Assembly: GCA_012521395.1 (NCBI GenBank) | Contig: JAAYML010000002.1 | Span: 498-64,497, forward strand | Direction: 5' to 3' | Length of the DNA stretch: 64,000 bases | DNA from: Candidatus Epulonipiscium sp. | GTDB taxonomy: Bacteria; Bacillota; Clostridia; Lachnospirales; Defluviitaleaceae | In this document: positions 10,868 through 19,560 of the stretch, piece by piece | Layout: the number at the start of each line of letters is the position of its first letter | How positions within the stretch are numbered: the first letter of the stretch is position 1 | Position numbers and translations under genes: made by a program | The notes under the pieces: generated by a model | Database searches by the model: none | Told to the model about the DNA's origin: nothing | Seen by the model: only the letters and a program-made list of their open reading frames with translations

Positions 10868-11176
10868 TTAAATTCTTATATCGATGATGCTGTTACTATC
10901 AGAAATATTGGATTTTTTATCTTTTTCATTTTTATTTTTTTTCTTCTTGGCCTGATTGCCCTGATTCTGATTTTTATTACGTCCTTCATCATTGACTGCA
11001 TATTCAGATTTATTGGTATTCACCACTTGCTGCTGATGTTGCATAATCTTTTTTTCCATCTGCTGTGCAAATTCCTGTTGCTGTATTTCACCTTTATATG
11101 TCTGTTCCTGATTTTGTTTTGATATTTCTGTCGTTTTTGGAATAATCACTTGCATATCAACAGGACGTATGGACAC
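10868..11176 (-). CDS. hypothetical 102-aa Q/K/N-rich, probably disordered protein
   Basis: GTG start with AGGGGGTGA RBS, 11 nt after the FapA stop. Ordered-looking N-terminus MSIRPVDMQVIIPKT, then a low-complexity Q/N/K tract. No family recognised. Confidence 0.5.
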   Translation of the reverse strand: MSIRPVDMQVIIPKTTEISKQNQEQTYKGEIQQQEFAQQMEKKIMQHQQQVVNTNKSEYAVNDEGRNKNQNQGNQAKKKKNKNEKDKKSNISDSNSIIDIRI

Positions 11177-11187
11177 ATTTTCACCCC

Positions 11188-12831
11188 CTAAGAATAACTA
11201 GTTGTCCTTATATCAGCATTATCTTTATATAACGTACAATATTTAATTTCTTCTCTTACATACATTGTAGCTGTTCCAATGGTAACTTTAACACCTGGAT
11301 GAATAACATTAAAAGCACGAACCTTTCCGTCATCTCTTTCTTCCATTAAGGGTTCCAAATCAGCCATTTCGTTCTTGATACTTTTCAAGCGGTCATTCAG
11401 AAATACTTTCGTACGGATCGATTTTTGCAATAATGCTCTTTTGTCATCGGTTAAGCGGTTTGTGCCTTTCATTTTATTTAATAAGTCGATAGCCTGATTG
11501 GTTTTAATAATTTCTTTTTTAATATTAGCCTGTTCATCTTTTAAATAGCGATATCTTTCGACAATTGTAGGATCTATACCTACTTCTATTTCTGTAGATG
11601 TTGCCATATGTGAACCAATGACTTTTGCATTCACTTCCTTACCTGCCCTGATAATGCCCCCTACAATAAGCCCTTTTTTACCTTCAACAATAACACTGCC
11701 ACCACATTTAACCCTGCTATGCATAATGGCTTCACTGGTTACATTCCCCATAGCTTCGACCGTACTGTTTTCAATATATCTTGCTACAACATTTCCCATG
11801 GATTTAAGAATTCCCCTGCTCATTCCCTGAATTCCTCTATACAAAATGATATCACCTTGAGCTTCAATGCATGCTCCTTCAACTACACCGTAAACTTCGA
11901 CATTACCACCTGCTTTTATAGAAAAGCCAGTCAAAATATTACCTTTTACAATAACGTTACCGACAAAATCGATATTGCCTACTGAATTGTCTACATTATT
12001 AGGCACTTCATAAGTTTGATTGACCGTCACTTTATTATTTATATAAATCGCTTGACCATCAATCGTTGCAATTAAACTAAGACCATCTTCAGATATTTCC
12101 GTATTTTTTCCTTTAGGAAGGGTTGGATTTTTTACTTTCGGAGGAAAAATTTCTCTTCCTAATACATCCATTCCCGGAGTTCCCGGCTGGGCAGGAATTA
12201 ACGTAACCAGAACTTGTCCTTTTGAAACATTATTAATAATGTCTAAATTACGAAAATCTACAGAACCGTCTTCTAAGACTTTTGGTTTAAGATCCTTGTT
12301 AACATTAAAGTGAAATTCTAATTTGCCATGTGTCCCTTCAACGGGTTTAAGACCTTTCGCAATCACATATTTATAATTAGGCTTTCTTTCTTCTAAGGCT
12401 CTTTTTACTTCATTTTCATCAATACCAAAATTAACGCCTGCAGATTCAATTGCATGCATAACTTCTTCATAAGATAAAAGTCTTCCATTGTTTTCGGGAG
12501 GAATAAAACTAATGACAGCAAACATTTTATCTTTCGAAATATTTACGACTACTTCTTCATCGATAACTTCTAACTCCTGTTGATCAGAAATATATATTTC
12601 TAATTTTTCCGAATCTTTTATGTTTTTAACTGCCTCTTTGATTTTAGCATAATCATAATTTGTTATGTTTTTTTGTCTAAGGCGGCTCAAAAATTCATCA
12701 AGCTCTACGGGCTTTCCTTTACCCATGGGTCCATGCAGGATAAGATAAAGACCATCTTCTCTTAATTCGAAATCAAAAAAGCCGTCAAAATTAGGATATC
12801 CACTCCTTGTGAACTTGTCAGGATTATACAT
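11188..12831 (-). CDS. FapA/DUF342 family flagellar-assembly-associated protein
   Basis: 547 aa. Central beta-helix-like repeats (GNVIVKGNILTGFSIKAGGNVEVYGVVEGACIEAQGDIILY...) and a C-terminal coiled coil are typical of DUF342. Located in the fla/che operon. Confidence 0.8.
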   Translation of the reverse strand: MYNPDKFTRSGYPNFDGFFDFELREDGLYLILHGPMGKGKPVELDEFLSRLRQKNITNYDYAKIKEAVKNIKDSEKLEIYISDQQELEVIDEEVVVNISKDKMFAVISFIPPENNGRLLSYEEVMHAIESAGVNFGIDENEVKRALEERKPNYKYVIAKGLKPVEGTHGKLEFHFNVNKDLKPKVLEDGSVDFRNLDIINNVSKGQVLVTLIPAQPGTPGMDVLGREIFPPKVKNPTLPKGKNTEISEDGLSLIATIDGQAIYINNKVTVNQTYEVPNNVDNSVGNIDFVGNVIVKGNILTGFSIKAGGNVEVYGVVEGACIEAQGDIILYRGIQGMSRGILKSMGNVVARYIENSTVEAMGNVTSEAIMHSRVKCGGSVIVEGKKGLIVGGIIRAGKEVNAKVIGSHMATSTEIEVGIDPTIVERYRYLKDEQANIKKEIIKTNQAIDLLNKMKGTNRLTDDKRALLQKSIRTKVFLNDRLKSIKNEMADLEPLMEERDDGKVRAFNVIHPGVKVTIGTATMYVREEIKYCTLYKDNADIRTTSYS

Positions 12832-12845
12832 GAGTATCCTCCTCT

Positions 12846-13613
12846 TTATAATTCGTATAAGATAGATTTATATTTTCCCAACTTAGTCTTTAAACGTGTA
12901 ATGGCTTTCGTATGAAGTTGTGAAATTCTTGACTCGGAAACGCCCATAATAGAACTGATTTCTTTTAAGGTTAACTCTTCAAAATAGTAAAGAAAAAGAA
13001 TTTTTTGTTCTCTTTCCGGTAGTTTTTCAATGGATTCTTTAAGTATTCTTTTTAATTCTTGCTTTTCAATATAAGATTCTGGTTGTTCAGTGGCAGGGCT
13101 TTTTTCAGAGCTTATATTATAATCATTATTTTGTTCTATATACTCATCTAACGATATAAGAGATATAAGATTTGTCTTTTTATAAATCTCATGTAATTCT
13201 TCAATGGAAATATTCATTTTCTGAGCCAATTCTTCGTCTGTAGCAGTCCGACCCAATTCCGTTTCTAATTCCATAATGGTTTTTTCAATTTCTTTATTTT
13301 TTTGTCTTAAAGACCTTGGAACCCAATCTAATTTTCTAATATTATCTATTATTGATCCTCTGATTCTTAATGAAGCGTAAGTTTCAAACTTTACTCCTTT
13401 TTTAAAATCGAATTTTTCAATCGCATCAATCAAACCGAACACACCATAACTTACCAGATCTTCATACTCTACACTTTGACCCAAATAAATGTTCAATCTT
13501 CCAGCTACATATTTAACTAATGGGGCGTATTCCATAATCAATTGATCCTTTATGGATACATCTTTTGTGGCTTCGTACTGTTCCCATAGCATTTCAAGAC
13601 TTTTTTCAGACAT
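12846..13613 (-). CDS. sigD: RNA polymerase sigma-28 factor (FliA/SigD/WhiG family)
   Basis: Region 2 (YGVFGLIDAIEKFD), region 3 and region 4 (LTLKEISSIMGVSESRISQLH). I prefer ATG 13613 (AGGAGG RBS) over the track's 13649. Position after cheD as in B. subtilis. Confidence 0.9.
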   Translation of the reverse strand: MSEKSLEMLWEQYEATKDVSIKDQLIMEYAPLVKYVAGRLNIYLGQSVEYEDLVSYGVFGLIDAIEKFDFKKGVKFETYASLRIRGSIIDNIRKLDWVPRSLRQKNKEIEKTIMELETELGRTATDEELAQKMNISIEELHEIYKKTNLISLISLDEYIEQNNDYNISSEKSPATEQPESYIEKQELKRILKESIEKLPEREQKILFLYYFEELTLKEISSIMGVSESRISQLHTKAITRLKTKLGKYKSILYEL

Positions 13614-13683
13614 ATAATTCCTCCTGAAAGCAGTTGTTTTCAGAGACAAATCTTTCGCGCTTACCGATTGTCACAAAGCTTGT

Positions 13684-13983
13684 CTATTGAGTGCCTGCTT
13701 CTTCTTGAATATTGCCCTCCGATTCAGAATTTGTACTGATATTATCATTTAAGCTTAAATTGGCATCGGCTTTAGCTGTAATTTGAGAATGGTCATTTTT
13801 ATCTGACTCAGAATAAATATTATTAATAAGTCCTTTAAAAATATTCCCTATAAAGTAAAAAATAATAATAATGATAATTAATTCTTTTATAATTGTGATA
13901 TAAGCTGTTTTTTTTATGATACCGATACTTAAAATTATTATAGCAGAAATCAAAGGGAGAATAATATCCAACTTTTTGTTCAT
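13684..13983 (-). CDS. hypothetical small membrane protein (2 predicted TM helices, Ser/Asn/acidic tail)
   Basis: 99 aa. AGGTGA RBS. Wedged between cheD and sigD with 8-nt and ~70-nt gaps. No family recognised. Confidence 0.55.
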   Translation of the reverse strand: MNKKLDIILPLISAIIILSIGIIKKTAYITIIKELIIIIIIFYFIGNIFKGLINNIYSESDKNDHSQITAKADANLSLNDNISTNSESEGNIQEEAGTQ

Positions 13984-13991
13984 TCTATCAC

Positions 13992-14486
13992 CTAAATCTC
14001 TTTTATTCCGTGCCCTATTGTTTTTATAACTAATCTTCCATCTTCAGTATATAATTCAATGGTTCTACCGTAATTTTCACCTGTATCGGAAGCAATAACT
14101 TTAATACCTAATTTTTCAAGTATACTATGGGCTGCAGCTACATTCCTTTGTCCTATTCTCATTAATTCATTTGCATTATTAAATGCAAACATTTGTGCAC
14201 CGCCAGCTAATTTCGCAACAATTCTTTCTTTTACTGCACCCAATTTAATCATTTCTTCAACCAGGATAATGGTAGCAGTGTCGGCAAATTTTGCCTTATT
14301 AGAATTATTTTTAATTTGGGTGCTATCGGGTAGCATTATATGAGCTAACCCCCCAATTCTTGCCACAGGGTCATATAATGCTATCCCAACACATGAACCT
14401 AATCCTAAAGTGGTCAGAATATCCGGATATACTGCTGTATTTAAATCTGCCATTCCTACTTTAATTATTTCTTGCGAACTCATCAT
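13992..14486 (-). CDS. cheD: chemoreceptor glutamine deamidase CheD
   Basis: 164 aa. LGSCVGIALYD and GGLAHIMLP motifs. 4-nt overlap with cheC. Confidence 0.9.
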   Translation of the reverse strand: MMSSQEIIKVGMADLNTAVYPDILTTLGLGSCVGIALYDPVARIGGLAHIMLPDSTQIKNNSNKAKFADTATIILVEEMIKLGAVKERIVAKLAGGAQMFAFNNANELMRIGQRNVAAAHSILEKLGIKVIASDTGENYGRTIELYTEDGRLVIKTIGHGIKEI

Positions 14487-15115
14487 ACACTAACCCCTAA
14501 TGACGATAAAATTTTTTTAAATGATTTAATATCAGGTATTAAAATAAAATACCCAACAACTCGGTCTATACCCTCTGCAAATTCAGTTTCTATGAGTAAT
14601 ACTCTATCGCCAACCTTTCCAAATTCAATGGCAGGAACACTAAGTATTGCTCCAGCCATATCAAAGGCAAGATGAGGTATAGATGGTACAATCATTAAAC
14701 GGGTAAGTGCAGACAAAGAAGATAAATATGAACTTGCTAATATATTCCCAATTTCATTTAAAGCAGAAATATCCATTTCACTAAACTCTGAAATATGATG
14801 AATGTCTCTTTCCATTAAAATATTTACCAAAGTATGAGCAGAACGTTGTTCCAATACAAACATCATCATTCCTTCAATTTCACCAGAGACATCGAGTAAA
14901 ACGCCGACCACAGGATTTTCAGGTCCTCCTAATATATCTGCTAAATTTTTAAATTCTAAAATATTAACTTTAGGCACTTTCATATCTACTTTTTTATTGA
15001 TGAGTTTTGAAAGTGCCGTTGTCGCATTTCCTGCACCTATATTACCTATTTCTTTTAAAATATCCAGATGTAAATGATTTAACTTATCAATATCTACCAT
15101 ATCAATGTTTTGCAC
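14483..15115 (-). CDS. cheC: CheY-P phosphatase CheC
   Basis: 210 aa with two CheC-type repeats (LKEIGNIGAGNATTALS / LNEIGNILASSYLSSLS). GTG start with GGGGTGA RBS. Confidence 0.85.
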   Translation of the reverse strand: MQNIDMVDIDKLNHLHLDILKEIGNIGAGNATTALSKLINKKVDMKVPKVNILEFKNLADILGGPENPVVGVLLDVSGEIEGMMMFVLEQRSAHTLVNILMERDIHHISEFSEMDISALNEIGNILASSYLSSLSALTRLMIVPSIPHLAFDMAGAILSVPAIEFGKVGDRVLLIETEFAEGIDRVVGYFILIPDIKSFKKILSSLGVSV

Positions 15116-15136
15116 TATTTCACCCCTTTAAATAGG

Positions 15137-15176
15137 GATAGATTTCCTTCCTAATGCTTTAGTTTGGAAATCTATC
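15137..15176 (-). promoter_or_regulatory. intra-operon RNA hairpin between cheW and cheC
   Basis: Perfect 11-bp stem GATAGATTTCC / GGAAATCTATC with an 18-nt loop in the 103-nt cheW-cheC spacer. No U-tract. Confidence 0.6.
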
Positions 15177-15218
15177 AAATATATATATAACTATATATAA
15201 CTAACCGCCGATCAATCT

Positions 15219-15695
15219 TTATGCATTTTCTAAACTATCAACTAAAATAGAATCAATTAAGCTTTTTATATTTAACAAGGTTACAATATGATTGTTAACT
15301 TTTCCAACTCCCTGAATAAAGCTTAAATTAATGTCCGTATTGATGCCTGAAACACCTTGAACACTTTCTATGGAATCAGCAGTAAGTTGAAGAACTTCTT
15401 TAACTTCATCTACAATCATACCGATTTGATTATCATCAATTTTCACGATAATAATACGAGTATCATCCGTATATTCATCTGCTTCTAAATTAAATTTAAG
15501 TCTTAAACTCATTACGGGAATAATCTCACCTCTAAGGTTAATAACTCCTTTTATAAAAAAGGGAGCCTTAGGAACCCGGGTAATACTTAGTACTCTTTCA
15601 ATATTTTGTACATTTAATATATCAATCCCGTATTCTTCATTTCCTAATTTGAAAACTATAAATTGCCTCACTTCTTGGTTGGAAATGCCTTCCAT
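15219..15695 (-). CDS. cheW: chemotaxis coupling protein CheW
   Basis: 158 aa. FIVFKLGNEEYGIDI...VINLRGEIIPV is typical CheW. Confidence 0.93.
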   Translation of the reverse strand: MEGISNQEVRQFIVFKLGNEEYGIDILNVQNIERVLSITRVPKAPFFIKGVINLRGEIIPVMSLRLKFNLEADEYTDDTRIIIVKIDDNQIGMIVDEVKEVLQLTADSIESVQGVSGINTDINLSFIQGVGKVNNHIVTLLNIKSLIDSILVDSLENA

Positions 15696-15709
15696 ATCAT
15701 CGCCCCCAA

Positions 15710-17812
15710 TTATACTAATGTATTAATATCTAAAATAAGCGCTACTTCTCCGTCGCCTAAAATTGTTGCACCAGCAATCATTTTTATTCCGCTTAAATAT
15801 TTACCAAGAGATTTAATAACTATTTCTTGTTGTCCGATTAAACCATCTACCACAAAGCCTACTTGTTTTTCACCTTTTTTTACAATAACCACTGTAATTG
15901 TATTGCATTGCTCATTCTTAGGCACATCTAATATATCTTCTAAATAAATAATTGGAATCACTTGGTTTCTTAAAAGGATAACTTCTTGCTGTTGAACTAA
16001 TTGAATATCGGAGACATTAATATCTTCAATATTTTGTATAGTATTAAGAGGAATTGCATATTTTTCATTTCCAAGTCTAACCATTAAAGCTTGTATAATT
16101 GCTAAGGTTAGTGGAAGTCTGACAATAAATTTACTTCCTTTACCAAGCTCAGATTTAACTTCTATATCTCCTCCAAGTGCTTCAATTTTAGTTTTTACAA
16201 CATCTAAACCGACGCCTCTTCCAGATATATCAGATATTTTTTCTGAGGTGCTAAAGCTTGGCTTAAATAAGAGGTCTATAATATCTTGATCAGACATATT
16301 TGCAGCTGCCTCATAACTAATGGTACCTTTTTCAATAGCTTTTTGTTTAATTTTATTAACATTAATACCTCTTCCATCGTCTTCTACTTCGATTACAACA
16401 TTATTACCATCTTGATATGCTCGCAGGTAAATATGCCCAATTTCAGGTTTACCACTATGTAGTCTTTCTTCCTTCGTTTCTAAACCATGGTCTGCGGCAT
16501 TTCTTAATAAATGAATCAATGGATCTCCAATTTCATCAATAACTGTTCTATCTAATTCTGTATCTTCACCAGACATAATAAGTTCAATATCTTTGTCTAA
16601 TTTTCTGGATAAATCTCTTATCATTCTTGGGAAGCGGTTAAATACTCGTTCTACAGGCACCATTCTAACTTTCATTACAGCATCATGAAGGCTGGTTGTT
16701 ATACGTTCAAGATATTCAATTGCTTCATTATAGTTTTGATTCGTTTTATCCCGCTCAATACCCTCGAGCCTTGTTTTAATAATAATCAATTCACTGACTA
16801 AATTCATTAAAGTGTCTAATCTGTCAATATCTACCCGGACAGTTTTTCCTGCTTTACGTTTTGCTTTGCCACTGCTGTCATTATCATCTGACTCATCATC
16901 AGCCATACTTCTGCTAACGTTACTTTGCCTGTCAAATTCAGGCGTATTATGTACTTCTTTCACATCTTCTGCTGCCAGTTCAATTTTATCACTTAATAAT
17001 ACATTTTTAATAATAACCTGATCTACTTCAGCAATTGAAAGGAGATCTTTTTCAAAATCTTCTTTAGTATCCTTAGAAATAACCACAACTGTAAAATCAA
17101 ATTCAAATTTTTCGTCTTCGATATCCTCTACTTTAGGTATGGATTTAATAATATCACCATGTGTTTCTAACGCTCTGAAAACAATAAAAGCGCGGGCAGA
17201 TTTAAGTACACAGCCATGATTTAAGAATATATGAATTTGATATACATTGTAATTGCGGGCAAAGGCTTCTCTTACTGCATTGATTTCAAAATCCGTTAAA
17301 GCTGCCTCTTTAACATCTATTGCATCGCCGGAATCATCAGTAATATTATTTGTTATATTGTCTTCTGTCACAGGCGCTTTTATCTCTGGGCTGGAAGCCA
17401 CTGCTACATTATTATCCACTTTTTTTGATTTTCCTGATAAGATATTCGTTAATTCATCAATAATATCTTTATACTCTTCATTACCTTCTTTTCCTGAGTT
17501 TGTTATCTCATCCACATAACTTTCCAAAGCATCTAAACATTTAAATAAAACATCTAATAAATTTGAATCCGCAACAATATTACCATTACGTATTTCTGAA
17601 AGAACATTTTCCATATTATGTGTCAGATTTTGCATTTTGGTATAGCCCATGGTTCCAGACATACCTTTTAAAGTATGAGCAACACGGAATACTTCGTTGA
17701 GTATGGGCATATTACCTGGCTCATGCTCTAACTGAAGTAATGACTCATTTAAACTTTGCAAATGCTCTTTAGATTCTTCAATAAAAATTTCTAAATATTG
17801 GCTCATGTCCAT
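15710..17812 (-). CDS. cheA: chemotaxis histidine kinase CheA
   Basis: 700 aa. HPt (FRVAHTLKGMSGTMG), dimerisation domain, HATPase (HLLRNAADHG, DDGRGI, GRGVGLDVV) and a C-terminal CheW-like domain. Confidence 0.95.
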   Translation of the reverse strand: MDMSQYLEIFIEESKEHLQSLNESLLQLEHEPGNMPILNEVFRVAHTLKGMSGTMGYTKMQNLTHNMENVLSEIRNGNIVADSNLLDVLFKCLDALESYVDEITNSGKEGNEEYKDIIDELTNILSGKSKKVDNNVAVASSPEIKAPVTEDNITNNITDDSGDAIDVKEAALTDFEINAVREAFARNYNVYQIHIFLNHGCVLKSARAFIVFRALETHGDIIKSIPKVEDIEDEKFEFDFTVVVISKDTKEDFEKDLLSIAEVDQVIIKNVLLSDKIELAAEDVKEVHNTPEFDRQSNVSRSMADDESDDNDSSGKAKRKAGKTVRVDIDRLDTLMNLVSELIIIKTRLEGIERDKTNQNYNEAIEYLERITTSLHDAVMKVRMVPVERVFNRFPRMIRDLSRKLDKDIELIMSGEDTELDRTVIDEIGDPLIHLLRNAADHGLETKEERLHSGKPEIGHIYLRAYQDGNNVVIEVEDDGRGINVNKIKQKAIEKGTISYEAAANMSDQDIIDLLFKPSFSTSEKISDISGRGVGLDVVKTKIEALGGDIEVKSELGKGSKFIVRLPLTLAIIQALMVRLGNEKYAIPLNTIQNIEDINVSDIQLVQQQEVILLRNQVIPIIYLEDILDVPKNEQCNTITVVIVKKGEKQVGFVVDGLIGQQEIVIKSLGKYLSGIKMIAGATILGDGEVALILDINTLV

Positions 17813-17813
17813 G

Positions 17814-18890
17814 CTAAAGCACCTCCACTACTCTAATGATTTCCTTGGCGATTTGATTAATCGGTACAACTGCATCTGCAATACCTTCGTCGATTACAGC
17901 TTTTGGCATACCATAAATGACAGAAGTTTTTTCGTCCTGGGCAATGACATATGCCTTATTGTTCAGCTTAAGCTTTTTCATGCCCTCACAACCGTCATTT
18001 CCCATTCCAGTCATAATAACCCCTACAATGTTATCAATATTTAATTCCGAAAGAGAATTCAGCATAACATTGACAGAAGGTCTATGACCTGAAACAGAAG
18101 GGCTGCTTGACAATCTTATCCACAAATCATTGGAATAAGGCATTTTTTCAACTAAAATATGATAGTTCCCCGGGGCTATATAAGCAACACCTGGATGTAA
18201 AATATCTTTATCTTCTGCTTCCTTCACTTTTATCTGACATAAGTTGTTTAATCGTTCAGCTAGAGATTTAGTAAAACCTGCTGGCATATGCTGAACAATA
18301 ACATAAGTTGCAGGTAAATGTTTCGGAAGCTCAGGTAAAACTTCTTGTAATGCTCTTGGCCCACCAGTAGATGTTCCAATGGCAACTATCTTTTTAATCT
18401 TTACACTATGTACTTGCTCTTTTTGTTTATTGTGACCTGTTTCTTTTAACTGTCTTTTATTGTCAGACGGAAAATTTGATATGTTAGAAATCAAGAGAAT
18501 TCGTTTAATGATATTGTCTCTGATTTCTTTGTCCTGCATTTTGAAAATATTGCTTGGCTTTGTAATAAAATCAGCTGCCCCTAATCCCAGTGCTTTTATA
18601 GTCGTATCAGCCCCTTCTTTTGTATAAGCACTGATTAGGAGAACCGGTTTTGGATTCTCTTTCATGAGATTCTTAAGCATTTCCAGTCCGTCCATTTCTG
18701 GCATATCAACATCCAAAGTGATGACATCCGGATCTAATTGTCTAACTTTTTCTAAACCTTCTTCCCCATTTTTAGCCGTACCGACTACAGTAAACCTGTT
18801 GTCACTATTAATTATATCAGAAATAACCCTTCTCATGAATGCAGAATCATCAACAACTAAGATTTTTATTTTCCTATCCACTATCATCAC
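17814..18890 (-). CDS. cheB: protein-glutamate methylesterase/glutaminase CheB
   Basis: Receiver domain (KILVVDDSAFMR...DVDMPEMDG) plus methylesterase domain (GTSTGGP, GMGNDG). Confidence 0.93.
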   Translation of the reverse strand: MMIVDRKIKILVVDDSAFMRRVISDIINSDNRFTVVGTAKNGEEGLEKVRQLDPDVITLDVDMPEMDGLEMLKNLMKENPKPVLLISAYTKEGADTTIKALGLGAADFITKPSNIFKMQDKEIRDNIIKRILLISNISNFPSDNKRQLKETGHNKQKEQVHSVKIKKIVAIGTSTGGPRALQEVLPELPKHLPATYVIVQHMPAGFTKSLAERLNNLCQIKVKEAEDKDILHPGVAYIAPGNYHILVEKMPYSNDLWIRLSSSPSVSGHRPSVNVMLNSLSELNIDNIVGVIMTGMGNDGCEGMKKLKLNNKAYVIAQDEKTSVIYGMPKAVIDEGIADAVVPINQIAKEIIRVVEVL

Positions 18891-19528
18891 AATCCTTTTT
18901 CCTGCCTAACCCTTTTTCTTTGCTGCTCGAAAATATACTGAACAATTTTATCCTGATCCGTTTTAACAACATTGATAAATTTTACTCTGTATTGATATTT
19001 GTAAAGTTCTACATTAGCCTTTTCTTTAAATAAAATAATACCTTCGATTTCGATACTGTCATTTTCTATAGGAATTCTGCAATAAATATGGTCTTTTACT
19101 TCTAATTCATCATTACTAATAAATCTTATCCCGCTACCACTAATATCTTTAATAACACCGTCAAACCAATTTTCATTGATTCTAAATTTAAAGGGCTGAA
19201 CGCACTCATGCCGGAAAAACTCTCGTCTTTGTATTTTTGCTAAATCAGAAATAATTTCTACTTGAACCAACTCAATAAGCCCTTTTTTATAATGACGGAC
19301 AGGACGAACCTTGCAACTATAAATACCATTACTTGAATAAATATAGAGGATATAAATCCTGTTTATTCTCAGAGGAACAATTTGTCCGCCAACAATAGGT
19401 GTACCAAGTACTAACACATCTTTTTTTAGAACTTCCTCAATTTGGCTGGTGTAGCAATAAGAATCATTATCATCTGTTCCATATTCTTTTATTTCAACTT
19501 TAACTCCCGGTGAAAAAATATTTTTCAC
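18887..19528 (-). CDS. PilZ-domain flagellar brake protein (YcgR/MotI-like c-di-GMP receptor)
   Basis: 213 aa. YcgR-N-like half, then PilZ motifs QRREFFRH (RxxxR) and DISGSGIRF (DxSxxG). GTG start with AAGGAGG RBS. 4-nt overlap with cheB. Confidence 0.8.
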   Translation of the reverse strand: MKNIFSPGVKVEIKEYGTDDNDSYCYTSQIEEVLKKDVLVLGTPIVGGQIVPLRINRIYILYIYSSNGIYSCKVRPVRHYKKGLIELVQVEIISDLAKIQRREFFRHECVQPFKFRINENWFDGVIKDISGSGIRFISNDELEVKDHIYCRIPIENDSIEIEGIILFKEKANVELYKYQYRVKFINVVKTDQDKIVQYIFEQQRKRVRQEKGL

Positions 19529-19560
19529 GTAAGTGCCTCCTTTGTTGAAATAATTGCTTA

